From assembly GCF_000195755.1 (NCBI RefSeq), contig NC_002937.3, positions 1,080,001 through 1,112,000 of the forward strand: 32,000 nucleotides of DNA, written 5' to 3'. The notes beneath the pieces are model-generated. The model saw only the letters and a program-made list of their open reading frames with translations. It ran no database searches and was not told the origin of the DNA. Position 1 is the first letter of the stretch. Each line of letters starts with the position of its first letter. This stretch comes from Nitratidesulfovibrio vulgaris str. Hildenborough. GTDB lineage: Bacteria > Desulfobacterota > Desulfovibrionia > Desulfovibrionales > Desulfovibrionaceae. This document shows positions 1 to 8,647 of the stretch, piece after piece. Both the position numbers and the translations under genes were made by a program.

Positions 1-259
1 CGAGTTCGGCGAAGTAGGTTCCCTCGCGCAAATCCACAAGGTCGACCGCCACAAGTTCGGCCCGCAGCGCGTGCAGTGTGTGCAGCAGGAGGTCGTGCGT
101 GAGGGGGCGCGGCACGTCGACGTTGTTGAGCGCCAGCGAAATGGCCATGGCCTCCATCGCACCTATCCAGATGGGAAGCAGTTCGTCCGACTCCTCGCGC
201 CGCAGCACGAGGATGGGAGCCTTGGTCGACTCGTCGAGCGAAAGACCGACGACTTTCAT
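1..259 (-). CDS. bifunctional nuclease (BFN/DUF151) family protein, N-terminal part; the 3' end lies beyond the window start
   Basis: Absent from the ORF track because it is truncated. Manual translation from the ATG (rc of 257-259) gives MKVVGLSLDESTKAPILVLRREESDELLPIWIGAMEAMAISLALNNVDVPRPLTHDLLLHTLHALRAELVAVDLVDLREGTYFAEL. This carries the LPIWIG..EA.AI...RP.THDL signature of DUF151. The start lies 2 nt after the miaB stop on the same strand. Confidence 0.75.
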   Translation of the reverse strand, partial: MKVVGLSLDESTKAPILVLRREESDELLPIWIGAMEAMAISLALNNVDVPRPLTHDLLLHTLHALRAELVAVDLVDLREGTYFAEL

Positions 260-261
260 TT

Positions 262-1611
262 CTACCATGGCGCACCTGCCTGCTCCGCGAGGAGCGAATG
301 CTTCTTGGCCTGCGCGACGACGACGGGCAAGAACCTTCCACGCACGTCCGACCCTTGCGGCAGCGCGACGTTGACCAGGTTTCCGTAGGGGTCGCGGCCC
401 TGCCAGCTGTCGCCTTCGTCGCCCGGTTTGCGGCTCATCCCTTCGAGGAGTACCTCGACCTTCCTTCCTACCATGTCTTGCAGGCATCGTTCCGTCAATC
501 TGTTCTGAAGTGTCTGCAACCGTTCGAGCCGTTCGAGTTTGACCTCGCGGGACAGCTTGTCGGGCAGCATCTCGGCGCGTGTACCGGGCCTGTCGGAGTA
601 GCAGAACGAGTACGAGGCGGCGTAGCCCACCGTCTCGAGTGCGTCCATGGTCTCCATGAAGTCCTCTTCCGTCTCACCGGGGAAGCCCACGATGATGTCG
701 CTGGAGAGCACGATGTCGGGTCGTGCGGCACGCAGGTCGTCCACGATGCGCAGGTACCGTGCCATGTCGTAGCGCCGCCCCATGAGCTTGAGGATGCGGT
801 CCGACCCTGCCTGTAGTGGCAGATGCAGCCGGGGGCACAGGTTGGGCAGCGTGCCGAAGGCTTCGACCACCTCGGGGGCGATGTCCTTGGGGTGCGGGGT
901 GACGAAGCGCAGGCGCTCCAGCCCCGGTAGCGCGGCGACCTTGTGCAACAGTTGCGCGAACGTGGTGCCGTCGCCGTGGCTATCCTGCCCGAACGAGTTC
1001 ACGTTCTGGCCCAGCAGGGTTATCTCTCTCGCGCCCCTGTCGAGAAGGGCGCGGCATTCGTCAAGGATGGTGCCTGTGGCGCGCGACTTCTGCCTGCCGC
1101 GTGTGTAGGGCACGATGCAGTAGGCGCAGAAGTTGTCGCACCCCTGCATGATATTGACGAAGACCGATGCGGGCACGGCCCCCTGCCCGAGGACTGCGTC
1201 GCGTTCCGGGTAGTCCTCGGAAAAGTCGAGCAGCGAGAGTTTGAGGTCGGGTTCCTCGACAAGGCGGTCGAGGGCTTGCGGGGCCATGGCGAGTCCGTCG
1301 GTGCCGAAGACGAGCCGCACTTGCGGAAAACGGCTGAAAAAGCCCGAACCTATCTGCTGCGCCACGCAACCGCCCACCGCGACGAAGGCGTCGGGCTTCT
1401 TGCTTGTGGCTTGCCTGATGCGGCCCAGCAGGCTGTAGACCTTCTGTTCGGGCTTGTCGCGTACGGAACAGGTGTTGACGATGGTCAGTCTCGCCTCACC
1501 GAAGGGGGCAGGTGAGAAGCCGCGCTCCATGAGGGCGCGGGCGAGCCAGTCCGAGTCGTTGACGTTCATCTGGCAGCCGAACGTCTCTATGTGGAATGTG
1601 CGGTCGTGCAT
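262..1611 (-). CDS. miaB: tRNA-i6A37 methylthiotransferase MiaB (radical SAM MTTase)
   Basis: N-terminal MTTase motif FHIETFGCQMNVNDSDW, radical SAM cluster motif CDNFCAYCIVPYTRG, and a C-terminal TRAM-like GRKVEVLLEG. I chose the internal ATG at 1609-1611 (MHDRTFHIETFGC) over the track start at 1692, whose 27-aa extension is Arg/Pro-rich. Confidence 0.9.
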   Translation of the reverse strand: MHDRTFHIETFGCQMNVNDSDWLARALMERGFSPAPFGEARLTIVNTCSVRDKPEQKVYSLLGRIRQATSKKPDAFVAVGGCVAQQIGSGFFSRFPQVRLVFGTDGLAMAPQALDRLVEEPDLKLSLLDFSEDYPERDAVLGQGAVPASVFVNIMQGCDNFCAYCIVPYTRGRQKSRATGTILDECRALLDRGAREITLLGQNVNSFGQDSHGDGTTFAQLLHKVAALPGLERLRFVTPHPKDIAPEVVEAFGTLPNLCPRLHLPLQAGSDRILKLMGRRYDMARYLRIVDDLRAARPDIVLSSDIIVGFPGETEEDFMETMDALETVGYAASYSFCYSDRPGTRAEMLPDKLSREVKLERLERLQTLQNRLTERCLQDMVGRKVEVLLEGMSRKPGDEGDSWQGRDPYGNLVNVALPQGSDVRGRFLPVVVAQAKKHSLLAEQAGAPW

Positions 1612-1743
1612 GGGGGGTATCGTGTCGGCTTGCGCGCTGGCGCGGAGTGTGTTGCGGGGGACTGTGCTGCGGTGCCTGTCTGGCCGTGGCATTCGGGCCG
1701 TGTGCTCCCGGACGTCACGTCGGCAGCCGTGCCGCCCGTTGCG

Positions 1744-1989
1744 CTATCGGTTGTCGGTGCCGTTCTCTCTGGCTTCACGTGTGTCGGCTTCGGCCTTGTC
1801 CTTGGCCGCTTCGAGTCGGGCATGGTCACCCGCGAGAAAGAAGAGGGCAACGGGGGCGGCTAGGCACAGGGTGAACCAGAGCAGGACATTGCGTTTCTGG
1901 CGCGCGGCGAGAACGCCGCCCATGCAGCCTGCCCCGAACCATATGGCGGACATGATCCAGTAGCCTTTCTGCGTGAAGTCGAGTTCCAT
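1744..1989 (-). CDS. small two-helix membrane protein (81 aa), function unknown
   Basis: MELDFTQKGYWIMSAIWFGAGCMGGVLAARQKRNVLLWFTLCLAAPVALFFLAG followed by a charged tail. A GGAG sits 4 nt upstream of the ATG at 1987-1989. The longer track ORF (to 2151) has a Pro-rich, implausible N-terminus. Confidence 0.5.
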   Translation of the reverse strand: MELDFTQKGYWIMSAIWFGAGCMGGVLAARQKRNVLLWFTLCLAAPVALFFLAGDHARLEAAKDKAEADTREARENGTDNR

Positions 1990-2180
1990 GGGTGCTCCGG
2001 TGAGGCCGCAAGGCGGCGTAGGGTGAAGTAAGACATTTGCGCCTGTCAGGCAAGGCGGCGCGGGTGGCGCGGCACTTCGCCAGCCCATTGCGCTCTTGAT
2101 AACGGGGCGATACGGGTTATAAGGTAGCATGACATCAGGATTGTCAGCCACAAGGTATCAGCCATTCCAAGGAGGCGACC

Positions 2181-2384
2181 ATGAAGAAGTACAAGGTGCG
2201 TGGCATGCAGTCCCCCGACTGCGTGGCCACCGTATCGCAGAGCATCCGCACGGCCACGGGCGAGGAGCAGGTGAACATCAATCTCGCCACCGGAGAAATC
2301 ACATACGGCCCCAATGCATGCGTCGACCCCACCATCCTGCGTGAGGCCGTGGAGAAGGCGGGGTATTCGCTCGAAGAGGAATAG
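2181..2384 (+). CDS. heavy-metal-associated (HMA) domain protein, CopZ-like fold with a degenerate metal motif
   Basis: 67 aa with a ferredoxin-like HMA pattern (MKKYKVRGMQSPDCVATVSQSI...INLATGEITY...AVEKAGYSLEE). GGAGG lies about 6 nt upstream. The canonical GMTCxxC is replaced by GMQSPDC, which has a single Cys. Confidence 0.8.
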   Translation: MKKYKVRGMQSPDCVATVSQSIRTATGEEQVNINLATGEITYGPNACVDPTILREAVEKAGYSLEEE

Positions 2385-2774
2385 CCTGCCGCGGAGTGAC
2401 GTTCGCCGGAGAGATGCTGGCTGGCAGACGAAGATGACAGACCCCGGTCACGGCATGTTCAGGTCGTGGAAGGGTGCCATGCGGAGTCTGCCGGTAGCCG
2501 TATGGGCTGTCCGGTCGGGCTGCCGGGCCGGACTGTCCGACAGGGGGAGACTGACCGGGGATTGCCCGTCTGGTACTGCCACTCGTTGTGCCGTCAGGTT
2601 CCGGTTGCCCCTGTGTGGCAGTCCATATGTGGCGGTCTGGCGAGTTCGTCGTTTTAACGGAGTACGCCCTTGGCACATACGCCCTGACGTACGCTTGGCG
2701 TCATGCCCGCGAACAGCCTGCGCCAGCCCGCGGGCCTGTCAGACGCGAGACTCCGTTCCGGGTTCGTCGAAGAC

Positions 2775-2801
2775 CGGGGGCCACCTCATGGGTGGCCCCC
2801 G
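2775..2801 (-). terminator. GC-rich hairpin downstream of pfkB (cgggggccacc / ggtggcccccg, 5-nt loop)
   Basis: An 11-bp perfect stem lies 41 nt past the pfkB stop. The U-tract on the minus strand is weak (tcttcg). Confidence 0.5.
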
Positions 2802-2841
2802 TCATGTGTGTCATTGCATGGTCGGTGCGACGGGATGCGGA

Positions 2842-3768
2842 CTACGCGCCGAAGGCCCCTTCATGGCGTGCCTTGAAGGCCTCGGCGGTGAAGACGTGCT
2901 CCTGCGTGCCGTATTCCTCGACGCAGAAGCTGGCGCAGGTGGCCCCCAGACGCGCTGCACCCAGCACGTCAAGACCGTCCACAAGCCCTTTCAGGATCCC
3001 GGCGCGGTAGGCGTCTCCCGCTCCGGTCGGGTCGAGCACCCGTGTGGCCTTCACAGCGGGCACCATGACGGGTGCGCCGTTGTCGATGCGCGACCCGTTC
3101 TCGCCCAGCGTGGTGATGATGTAGCCGGTGTGCTCCAGCAGTTCGGCCTTGCTGCGGCCCGTGGCCTTCATGATGAGTTCGAGTTCGTAATCGTTGGTCA
3201 CCAGCATGTGCGAGCCGTGGATGGCTTCGAGCATCTTCTCGCCCGTGAGCGCGGTGATCTGCTGCCCGGGGTCGAAGATGTAGCGGATGCCCTTTTCGCG
3301 GTAGAGCGCGGGCAGGGCGATCATGTCGTCGAGGTTGCCGGGAGAGACGATGGCGACGTCGGCCTCGGGGGTGGCGTGGGGAAAGCCGTACCCGCACGGA
3401 ACGCTCATGGCCCCGGGGTTGAAGCCGGTGATCTGGTTGTCGCCCTGGTCGGTGGTGATGTACGCCCCGGCGGTGAACATGTTGTCGCAGCGGTTGATGC
3501 CCTCGAACGAGAGCCCGAGCGACATGAGCACCTGTTCGTAACGGTCGAAGTCCTTGCCCACCGAAGAGAGGATGATGGACTTCTCATCCATCAGCGCGAG
3601 GTTGTAGGCGATGTTGCCCGCTGTGCCTCCGCGCTTCTCGTCGAGCCTGTCGATGAGGAAGCACACGTTCAGGTTGTGTATCTTGTCAGGCAGGATATGG
3701 TCGGAGAACTTGCCGGGAAAGTTCATGATCCGGTCATAGGCGAGGGAACCGGAGATATAGATGGACAT
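2842..3768 (-). CDS. PfkB-family carbohydrate/nucleoside kinase
   Basis: 308 aa with N-terminal GGTAGNIAYNLA and the C-terminal ATP/anion-hole motif DPTGAGDAYRAGILKG typical of ribokinase/PfkB kinases. AAGGAG overlaps the cutA stop 9 nt upstream. Confidence 0.85.
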   Translation of the reverse strand: MSIYISGSLAYDRIMNFPGKFSDHILPDKIHNLNVCFLIDRLDEKRGGTAGNIAYNLALMDEKSIILSSVGKDFDRYEQVLMSLGLSFEGINRCDNMFTAGAYITTDQGDNQITGFNPGAMSVPCGYGFPHATPEADVAIVSPGNLDDMIALPALYREKGIRYIFDPGQQITALTGEKMLEAIHGSHMLVTNDYELELIMKATGRSKAELLEHTGYIITTLGENGSRIDNGAPVMVPAVKATRVLDPTGAGDAYRAGILKGLVDGLDVLGAARLGATCASFCVEEYGTQEHVFTAEAFKARHEGAFGA

Positions 3769-3777
3769 GGAGGCTCC

Positions 3778-4089
3778 TTAGCGGGTTTCGGCGTGTATCC
3801 AGTCGAGAAAGTCGGGGTTGCCCGTGGTGACGGGCAGCACGACGATGCAGGGAACGTCATAGCTGTGCATGGAGCGTACCGCGCCAATGAGGTCTTGCAC
3901 CCGGTCATCAGCAGTCTTGGCGATGAGTGCCACTTCGGTGGCCTTCTCCACTGCGCCCTCCCATCGATAGACGGAACGGATAGGGCCGAGGACGTTGACA
4001 CAGGCCGCGAGTCGCCGTTCCACGAGTGCGGCGGCGATGGCGTCGGCCTCATCGGGGCCGGAAGCGGTGATGTAGACCATGGAAGGCAT
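3778..4089 (-). CDS. cutA: divalent-cation tolerance protein CutA
   Basis: MPSMVYITASGPDEADAIAAALVERRLAACVNVLGPIRSVYRWEGAVEKATEVALIAKT matches the CutA1 pattern ACVN...S.Y.W.G...E..L..KT. Start chosen at 4087-4089, preceded by GGGAGAA. The track start at 4218 adds an implausible leader. Confidence 0.85.
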   Translation of the reverse strand: MPSMVYITASGPDEADAIAAALVERRLAACVNVLGPIRSVYRWEGAVEKATEVALIAKTADDRVQDLIGAVRSMHSYDVPCIVVLPVTTGNPDFLDWIHAETR

Positions 4090-4332
4090 GGGGCTTCTCC
4101 CGTTGTCCTTGCGCGGTGCGTCCTGCATAGCGCAACGTGCGGGCGAGGGCAACGTGCCCATGGCGTGGGACTTCCCGCATCCGCGTCGCACAGGAGTGGC
4201 GCATTCCGCCGGGGGCATGGGGTATGTTCCTGCTTCAGCTAGACAGACGCGGGAATGTGCTGCGGGGACGTGCCTTGCCGAGGGCCTTCGGCTGTGTCAT
4301 ACGATGCCGATTCCCGTAACCGGAGACGTGCC

Positions 4333-5190
4333 ATGCCTTTGCCTTCCGTACAGCAACGCGCGTTGCAGGTGCTCGACCTCTTGCGCAGACGCTACCCGAC
4401 CCCGGCCACGCATCTTGTGGCCCGCAATCCCTGGGAACTGCTGGTTGCGACCGTGCTTGCAGCCCAGTGCACCGACGAACGTGTGAACAAGGTCACCCCG
4501 CACCTGTTCGCCCTGTGGCCCGACCCCGCCGCGCTGGCATGTGCCACGCAGGAGGCGCTTGAGGAGGTCATCCATTCCACGGGGTTCTATCGTAACAAGG
4601 CGAAGAACCTGCTGGGGGCGGCCCGGCGTGTCACCGAGGTGCACGGGGGCGAGGTGCCGCGAACCATGGATGAACTGGTGCAGTTGCCCGGTGTGGCACG
4701 CAAGACCGCCAATGTCGTGCTCTGGGGGGGCTTCGGCGTCAACGAGGGCATCGCCGTCGACACGCATGTGAAGCGCATCGTGCACCGTATGGGGCTCACG
4801 AAGGAGACCGACCCGGTGGCGGTCGAACGTGACCTGATGCGTCTCTACCCGCGCGAAGCGTGGGGTGACGTCAACCACATGCTGGTGTGGTTCGGGCGTC
4901 ATGTGTGCGACGCACGAAAGCCCTTGTGCGAACAGTGCGAGATGGCTGGTATCTGCGCGAAGGTCGGCGTGGGCAAGGAGGATGCGCCCGCCGCCCCCCG
5001 GAAGGGGCGCAAGCCCGGTGCCGTGGCGGCGAAGTCCGGGCGTTCCGGTACCAGGGGGCGCAAGACGGCATCGACGAAGGACGCAGGAGAGGATGCCGCG
5101 CGGGCGGCAGCATCCGCCGGGCAGGCGCACGAGACCGGGACGAAGCCGGTGCGCGGGCGTCGCGGCAAGTCCGGTGGAGGCGACGCATGA
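4333..5190 (+). CDS. nth: endonuclease III (DNA glycosylase/AP lyase) with a basic low-complexity C-terminal tail of about 75 aa
   Basis: Motifs: NPWELLVATVLAAQCTDERVNKVT, the HhH-GPD motif LPGVARKTANVVL, the catalytic region VDTHVKR, and the 4Fe-4S motif CDARKPLCEQCEMAGIC (C-x6-C-x2-C-x5-C). GGAG lies 6 nt before the ATG at 4333. Confidence 0.9.
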   Translation: MPLPSVQQRALQVLDLLRRRYPTPATHLVARNPWELLVATVLAAQCTDERVNKVTPHLFALWPDPAALACATQEALEEVIHSTGFYRNKAKNLLGAARRVTEVHGGEVPRTMDELVQLPGVARKTANVVLWGGFGVNEGIAVDTHVKRIVHRMGLTKETDPVAVERDLMRLYPREAWGDVNHMLVWFGRHVCDARKPLCEQCEMAGICAKVGVGKEDAPAAPRKGRKPGAVAAKSGRSGTRGRKTASTKDAGEDAARAAASAGQAHETGTKPVRGRRGKSGGGDA

Positions 5191-6005
5191 TACGCTCGAC
5201 GTTCAGGCATCTGCCCGGCGTAGGGCCGGGAAAGGAGGCCCGCCTCTGGCAGGAGGGCTGCCTCACGTGGGACGACGCGCTTGCGCGGGGACGCCTGTCA
5301 TGCCGTGGCGGTGGCGGGGCAGCTGCACACCTCGAAGAGTCGAAGGCACGCCACGAGGCCGGGGATGCGCAATGGTTCGGCGAACGTCTGGCCCCTGCGG
5401 AACAATGGCGGCTCTTCTCTGCCTACCGGCATAGCGTTGCCTATGTGGACATCGAGACCACGGGCATGGCGTGGCCGATGGCGCACATCACATCCATCGC
5501 CCTCTACGACGGTGTCACCGTGCGTACCTATGTGCATGGTGAGAACCTTGAGGCGTTCGCCGACGACATCCTGCCCTACCGCCTGCTGGTCACCTTCAAC
5601 GGGCGTTCCTTCGATGCCCCGTTCATCGAACGGTCGTTCGGCATCCGGCTACGGATGGCCCACCTCGACCTTCGGCCCGTGCTGCGGGCGGCGGGCTATA
5701 CCGGCGGACTCAAGCGCATCGAGCATTCGCTGGGCATGGGGCGCGGCGACCTTGAAGGCGTGGACGGTTTCACCGCCGTGTTGCTCTGGCAACACTACGA
5801 GCGTACCGGGGACGTGCGGGCCCTAGAGACACTGCTCGCTTATAATGTGGAAGACGTTCTTTCGCTGGAACAGCTGGCGGTCTTTGCGTACAATAGACAT
5901 CTGGCGGAGTTGCCCCCCCTGCCGGTCGCTACGCTGCCGCAGTGCGGGTGCGCACACAATCCGTGGAACGCACATCCCGAAGTGCTTGCCCGTCTGACGA
6001 GATGA
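5187..6005 (+). CDS. RNase H-like / DEDD 3'-5' exonuclease domain protein (YprB-like)
   Basis: The ATG at 5187-5189 overlaps the nth TGA at 5188-5190 (ATGA). N-terminus is LPGVGPGKEARLW. The Exo motifs are VAYVDIETTG, TFNGRSFDAPFIE and LAYNVEDVLSL. Confidence 0.75.
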   Translation: MIRSTFRHLPGVGPGKEARLWQEGCLTWDDALARGRLSCRGGGGAAAHLEESKARHEAGDAQWFGERLAPAEQWRLFSAYRHSVAYVDIETTGMAWPMAHITSIALYDGVTVRTYVHGENLEAFADDILPYRLLVTFNGRSFDAPFIERSFGIRLRMAHLDLRPVLRAAGYTGGLKRIEHSLGMGRGDLEGVDGFTAVLLWQHYERTGDVRALETLLAYNVEDVLSLEQLAVFAYNRHLAELPPLPVATLPQCGCAHNPWNAHPEVLARLTR

Positions 6006-6192
6006 CGTGCATCCATGCCGGGGTCTGCACAGTGCGGGCCATGTGCGCCGGGGCCGCTTCAGGATGCGGAGCGGCGGAAGTCCATTCACGGGCGGGGCGT
6101 CGCGTCCAGCCTCATTCGCCTGCAACCTGACAGCCTGTGTTCCCTGATGCGGGCGGTTCACGACATTCAAGGCACCACGTTACGGAGTCAGC

Positions 6193-7155
6193 ATGAGCCA
6201 GACAAACATCCTTCTCGAATCCGGCACCAACGAGCTTGAAATCATCGAGTTCTACATCGATGAGCAGGCGTCGGACGGCTCGACCTATCGCGGCTACTAC
6301 GGCATGAACGTGGCGAAGGTGCTCGAGATCATACGTCGCCCCACCATCACGGGGGTTCCCAGCAAGCACCATCCGGCGGCACTGGGCACATTCAACCTGC
6401 GCGGCAAGGTGCTACCCCTTGTCGATCTCGCCCTGTGGCTTGGCAAGTCGCTCACGTCCAGTGATGCGCTCAAGGTCATCGTCTCCGAATTCAGCGGAGT
6501 GGTGACGGCGTTTCTCGTGTCGGGTGTCACGCGCATCCATCGGCTCAGCTGGAGTCAGGTCGAGGCCCCCGGCAGACACGTGCAGAGTTACAGCAGCGAT
6601 TCCATCACCGGGGTCGTGCGTTTCGAGGACCGTATCGTCTTCATTCTCGACATGGAGAAGATCATCACCTCCATGGACCCCAATCTCGACATGGGCAAGA
6701 AGGGCGAGAAGGCCATCGGCACACAGGTGCCGTCCGGCGAACCCGACCATGTTCTCATCGCCGATGATTCGGCCTCCATACGGAACATGATCGGCAACAC
6801 GCTCGAGAAGGCGGGCTACCGTGTGACGCGTACCGCCAGCGGGCGCGAGGCGTGGAACGTGCTACTCGGCTACCGGCGTGATGCAGAAGAGCGCAAGGTG
6901 CCGGTCAACGACATCGTGCAGCTTGTCATCTCCGACATCGAAATGCCCGAGATGGACGGTCATACGCTTACGAGGAACATCAAGGACGACAGCATACTGC
7001 AGCGTCTTCCCGTGGTGCTGTTCTCGTCGCTCATCACAGATGCCCTGCGGCATAAGGGCGAATCGGTCGGGGCCGATGACCAGATTTCCAAACCCGACCT
7101 GCCCATGCTGACGGAACGTGTGGCGGGGCTCATCGCCAAGACACGCGGGCGGTAG
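6193..7155 (+). CDS. cheV: chemotaxis coupling protein CheV (CheW-like domain plus receiver domain)
   Basis: The N-terminal CheW-like region is LEIIEF...YGMNVAKVLEI...GTFNLRGKVLPLVDL. The C-terminal REC domain is VLIADDSASIRNMI...ISDIEMPEMDG...GADDQISKP. GGAG is present upstream. Confidence 0.9.
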   Translation: MSQTNILLESGTNELEIIEFYIDEQASDGSTYRGYYGMNVAKVLEIIRRPTITGVPSKHHPAALGTFNLRGKVLPLVDLALWLGKSLTSSDALKVIVSEFSGVVTAFLVSGVTRIHRLSWSQVEAPGRHVQSYSSDSITGVVRFEDRIVFILDMEKIITSMDPNLDMGKKGEKAIGTQVPSGEPDHVLIADDSASIRNMIGNTLEKAGYRVTRTASGREAWNVLLGYRRDAEERKVPVNDIVQLVISDIEMPEMDGHTLTRNIKDDSILQRLPVVLFSSLITDALRHKGESVGADDQISKPDLPMLTERVAGLIAKTRGR

Positions 7156-7233
7156 CCTTCGTCTTGCACGCGGCCCTGCATCCCTCTCGTGTCGTGCTGA
7201 GGTGGGGCGGTGCTGTCGTGTCGGGAGTGTCCT

Positions 7234-7956
7234 ATGTCATACCATCATCCCAACTATCATGAGACGGCCGGGGCGGGGCGGTGCCTGTCCGGCAGGGTGT
7301 GTCTCAGCATCCTGCTGCTAGTGGCATTCGTGACATCAGGTCTCGTTGCCGGGTGTTCGAGTACGCCCGTGCCCGTCAAATTTGCCGGACAGGAGCAACG
7401 CACCCTGCGCAGTGTGCAGCACTGGCGTGCACTGGCGGACGAGGTCGCTGGCGAGGTCGCCAAGGCCATGGACGACCTCATGTACACGGGGCTGGTCAGT
7501 CGGCCCATCCATGTGGTGCGGCATGGCGGCACGGCTTTCGGTCTGTTCTTCCACGACCTCGTCCAGACGGCACTGGTGCGTCGGGGGTTGCAGGTCTCGC
7601 GCGAGGCCGAGGCGGACTCGATGTACCTCGACTACGATGTGCGCATGGTACTCCATGACGGCAGGTACGCTTCGGTGCTTGGCCCCGTCGACGCCGGGCT
7701 TCCGGCGGGACTGGGGGCCGTTGCCCTCTCGCTGGTCGCAGACCCGTACGACTCCCGGTCGCGTAACGAGGTGCTGGTGGTCTCCTCTCTCTGGTACAAT
7801 AACAGGTATATTCTCAAGAGTGCCGACCCGTTCTATATCCATGATGCGGACTGGCAGTTCTATCGTAACGGACAGCCGCAGGGCGGTTCCGCTTCTCCGG
7901 CACTGGTCGATGTGCATGTGCAGGGGACGCAACGTCGGGCGGTGCAGCCCGATTGA
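7234..7956 (+). CDS. putative lipoprotein, function unknown
   Basis: Hydrophobic signal segment ending in the lipobox LVAGC (SILLLVAFVTSGLVAGCSS). GGGAG lies 6 nt upstream of the ATG at 7234. The track start at 7210 is an alternative GTG. Confidence 0.55.
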   Translation: MSYHHPNYHETAGAGRCLSGRVCLSILLLVAFVTSGLVAGCSSTPVPVKFAGQEQRTLRSVQHWRALADEVAGEVAKAMDDLMYTGLVSRPIHVVRHGGTAFGLFFHDLVQTALVRRGLQVSREAEADSMYLDYDVRMVLHDGRYASVLGPVDAGLPAGLGAVALSLVADPYDSRSRNEVLVVSSLWYNNRYILKSADPFYIHDADWQFYRNGQPQGGSASPALVDVHVQGTQRRAVQPD

Positions 7957-7984
7957 GATACCCTCGAACCAGCGTCTGAATGCC

Positions 7985-8018
7985 AAAACGCCGTCTCCGG
8001 TTCCGGAGACGGCGTTTT
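7985..8018. terminator. bidirectional intrinsic terminator (aaaacgccgtctccgg / ccggagacggcgtttt)
   Basis: Near-perfect palindrome flanked by A4 and T4, lying between the convergent lipoprotein and fmdB-like genes. Confidence 0.6.
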
Positions 8019-8228
8019 CATGTGCAGCGGGGTGTTGCGTCTGGGCGTTGCATCTTCATGGATGCACGTGCGGTATCCTGCCAGACCCTGCGTGCACCGG
8101 GGCGGGACTCGCACGCCGGAGGATGCATGACGCATCCCCGAGGCTCATGCGGGGGCGCCCGTCTCCTTGCCGAAAGACGCAAGACGTGTGGTTGCCCTGT
8201 TGCAGTCCCGCGCGCAGGCGGTCTCGGG

Positions 8229-8480
8229 TCAGCCGAGGGTGGTGCTGCCGCCGCAGCCGCCGCACGAACCGCCGGGGCAACCTCCGCCGGGGCGGGAAGG
8301 CGGCATGGGGCGCACGGGGCCGACCTTGAAAGGCGGGGCACCGGTCTTGAGACTGGGGGCCGACATCTGCCGTGCGGTATCGTCGCTGCCGCAACCGGGG
8401 CAGGGCACGGTCGCCTCGCTTCCGGCTATTTCTTCAAAGTCCTTGCCGCAGGCGTTGCAGTGGTATTCGAACATGGGCAT
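8229..8480 (-). CDS. FmdB-family zinc-ribbon protein (CxxC_CxxC_SSSS type)
   Basis: MPMFEYHCNACGKDFEEI....VPCPGCGSDD followed by a Gly/Cys-rich tail GGGCPGGSCGGCGG. GAGGTGA lies upstream. Confidence 0.8.
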   Translation of the reverse strand: MPMFEYHCNACGKDFEEIAGSEATVPCPGCGSDDTARQMSAPSLKTGAPPFKVGPVRPMPPSRPGGGCPGGSCGGCGGSTTLG

Positions 8481-8647
8481 GTGGCTGTCACCTCATAGTA
8501 AGGACAGAGACGTTCCATTGTGCTACGTAATGACCGGACCCTGCGGATTGCCGCAGGGCGGTGCCTCCGCAACGGGCGGTTGGCACTGGAGTTGTAGCCA
8601 TCGCAGACCGGTGTGGCAAGATGCCGCATCCTATTCAGGAGACCATC

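Noticed and set aside
262-1692. Longer N-terminal extensions offered by the track (miaB to 1692, cutA to 4218, nth from 4255, exonuclease from 4887, PfpI from 8561, DUF2233 to 10416, GT9 from 12039, dsbD from 13690, ykgJ from 17571, hypothetical from 20332, cobU from 22881, exported protein from 23500)
   Set aside because: The extensions are Arg/Pro/Cys-rich and lack SD sequences. They often overlap neighbouring genes or the tRNA. Internal starts with SD sequences restore the canonical family N-termini.
2670-2687. Sigma54-like string TTGGCAC-atacg-CCCTG
   Set aside because: The -12 element lacks TTGC, and there is no downstream plus-strand gene for it to drive.
2314-4242. 642-aa plus-strand ORF, one of the longest in the track
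   Set aside because: It runs antisense to the well-supported pfkB and cutA genes. Its product is Arg/Gly/Ala/Val/His-rich with no motifs, which is the typical shadow ORF of a high-GC genome.
8229-8300. Gly/Cys-rich tail of the FmdB-like protein as something unusual
   Set aside because: C-terminal Gly/Cys/Ser-rich tails are, to my knowledge, a common feature of the CxxC_CxxC_SSSS family, so it is not noteworthy on its own.
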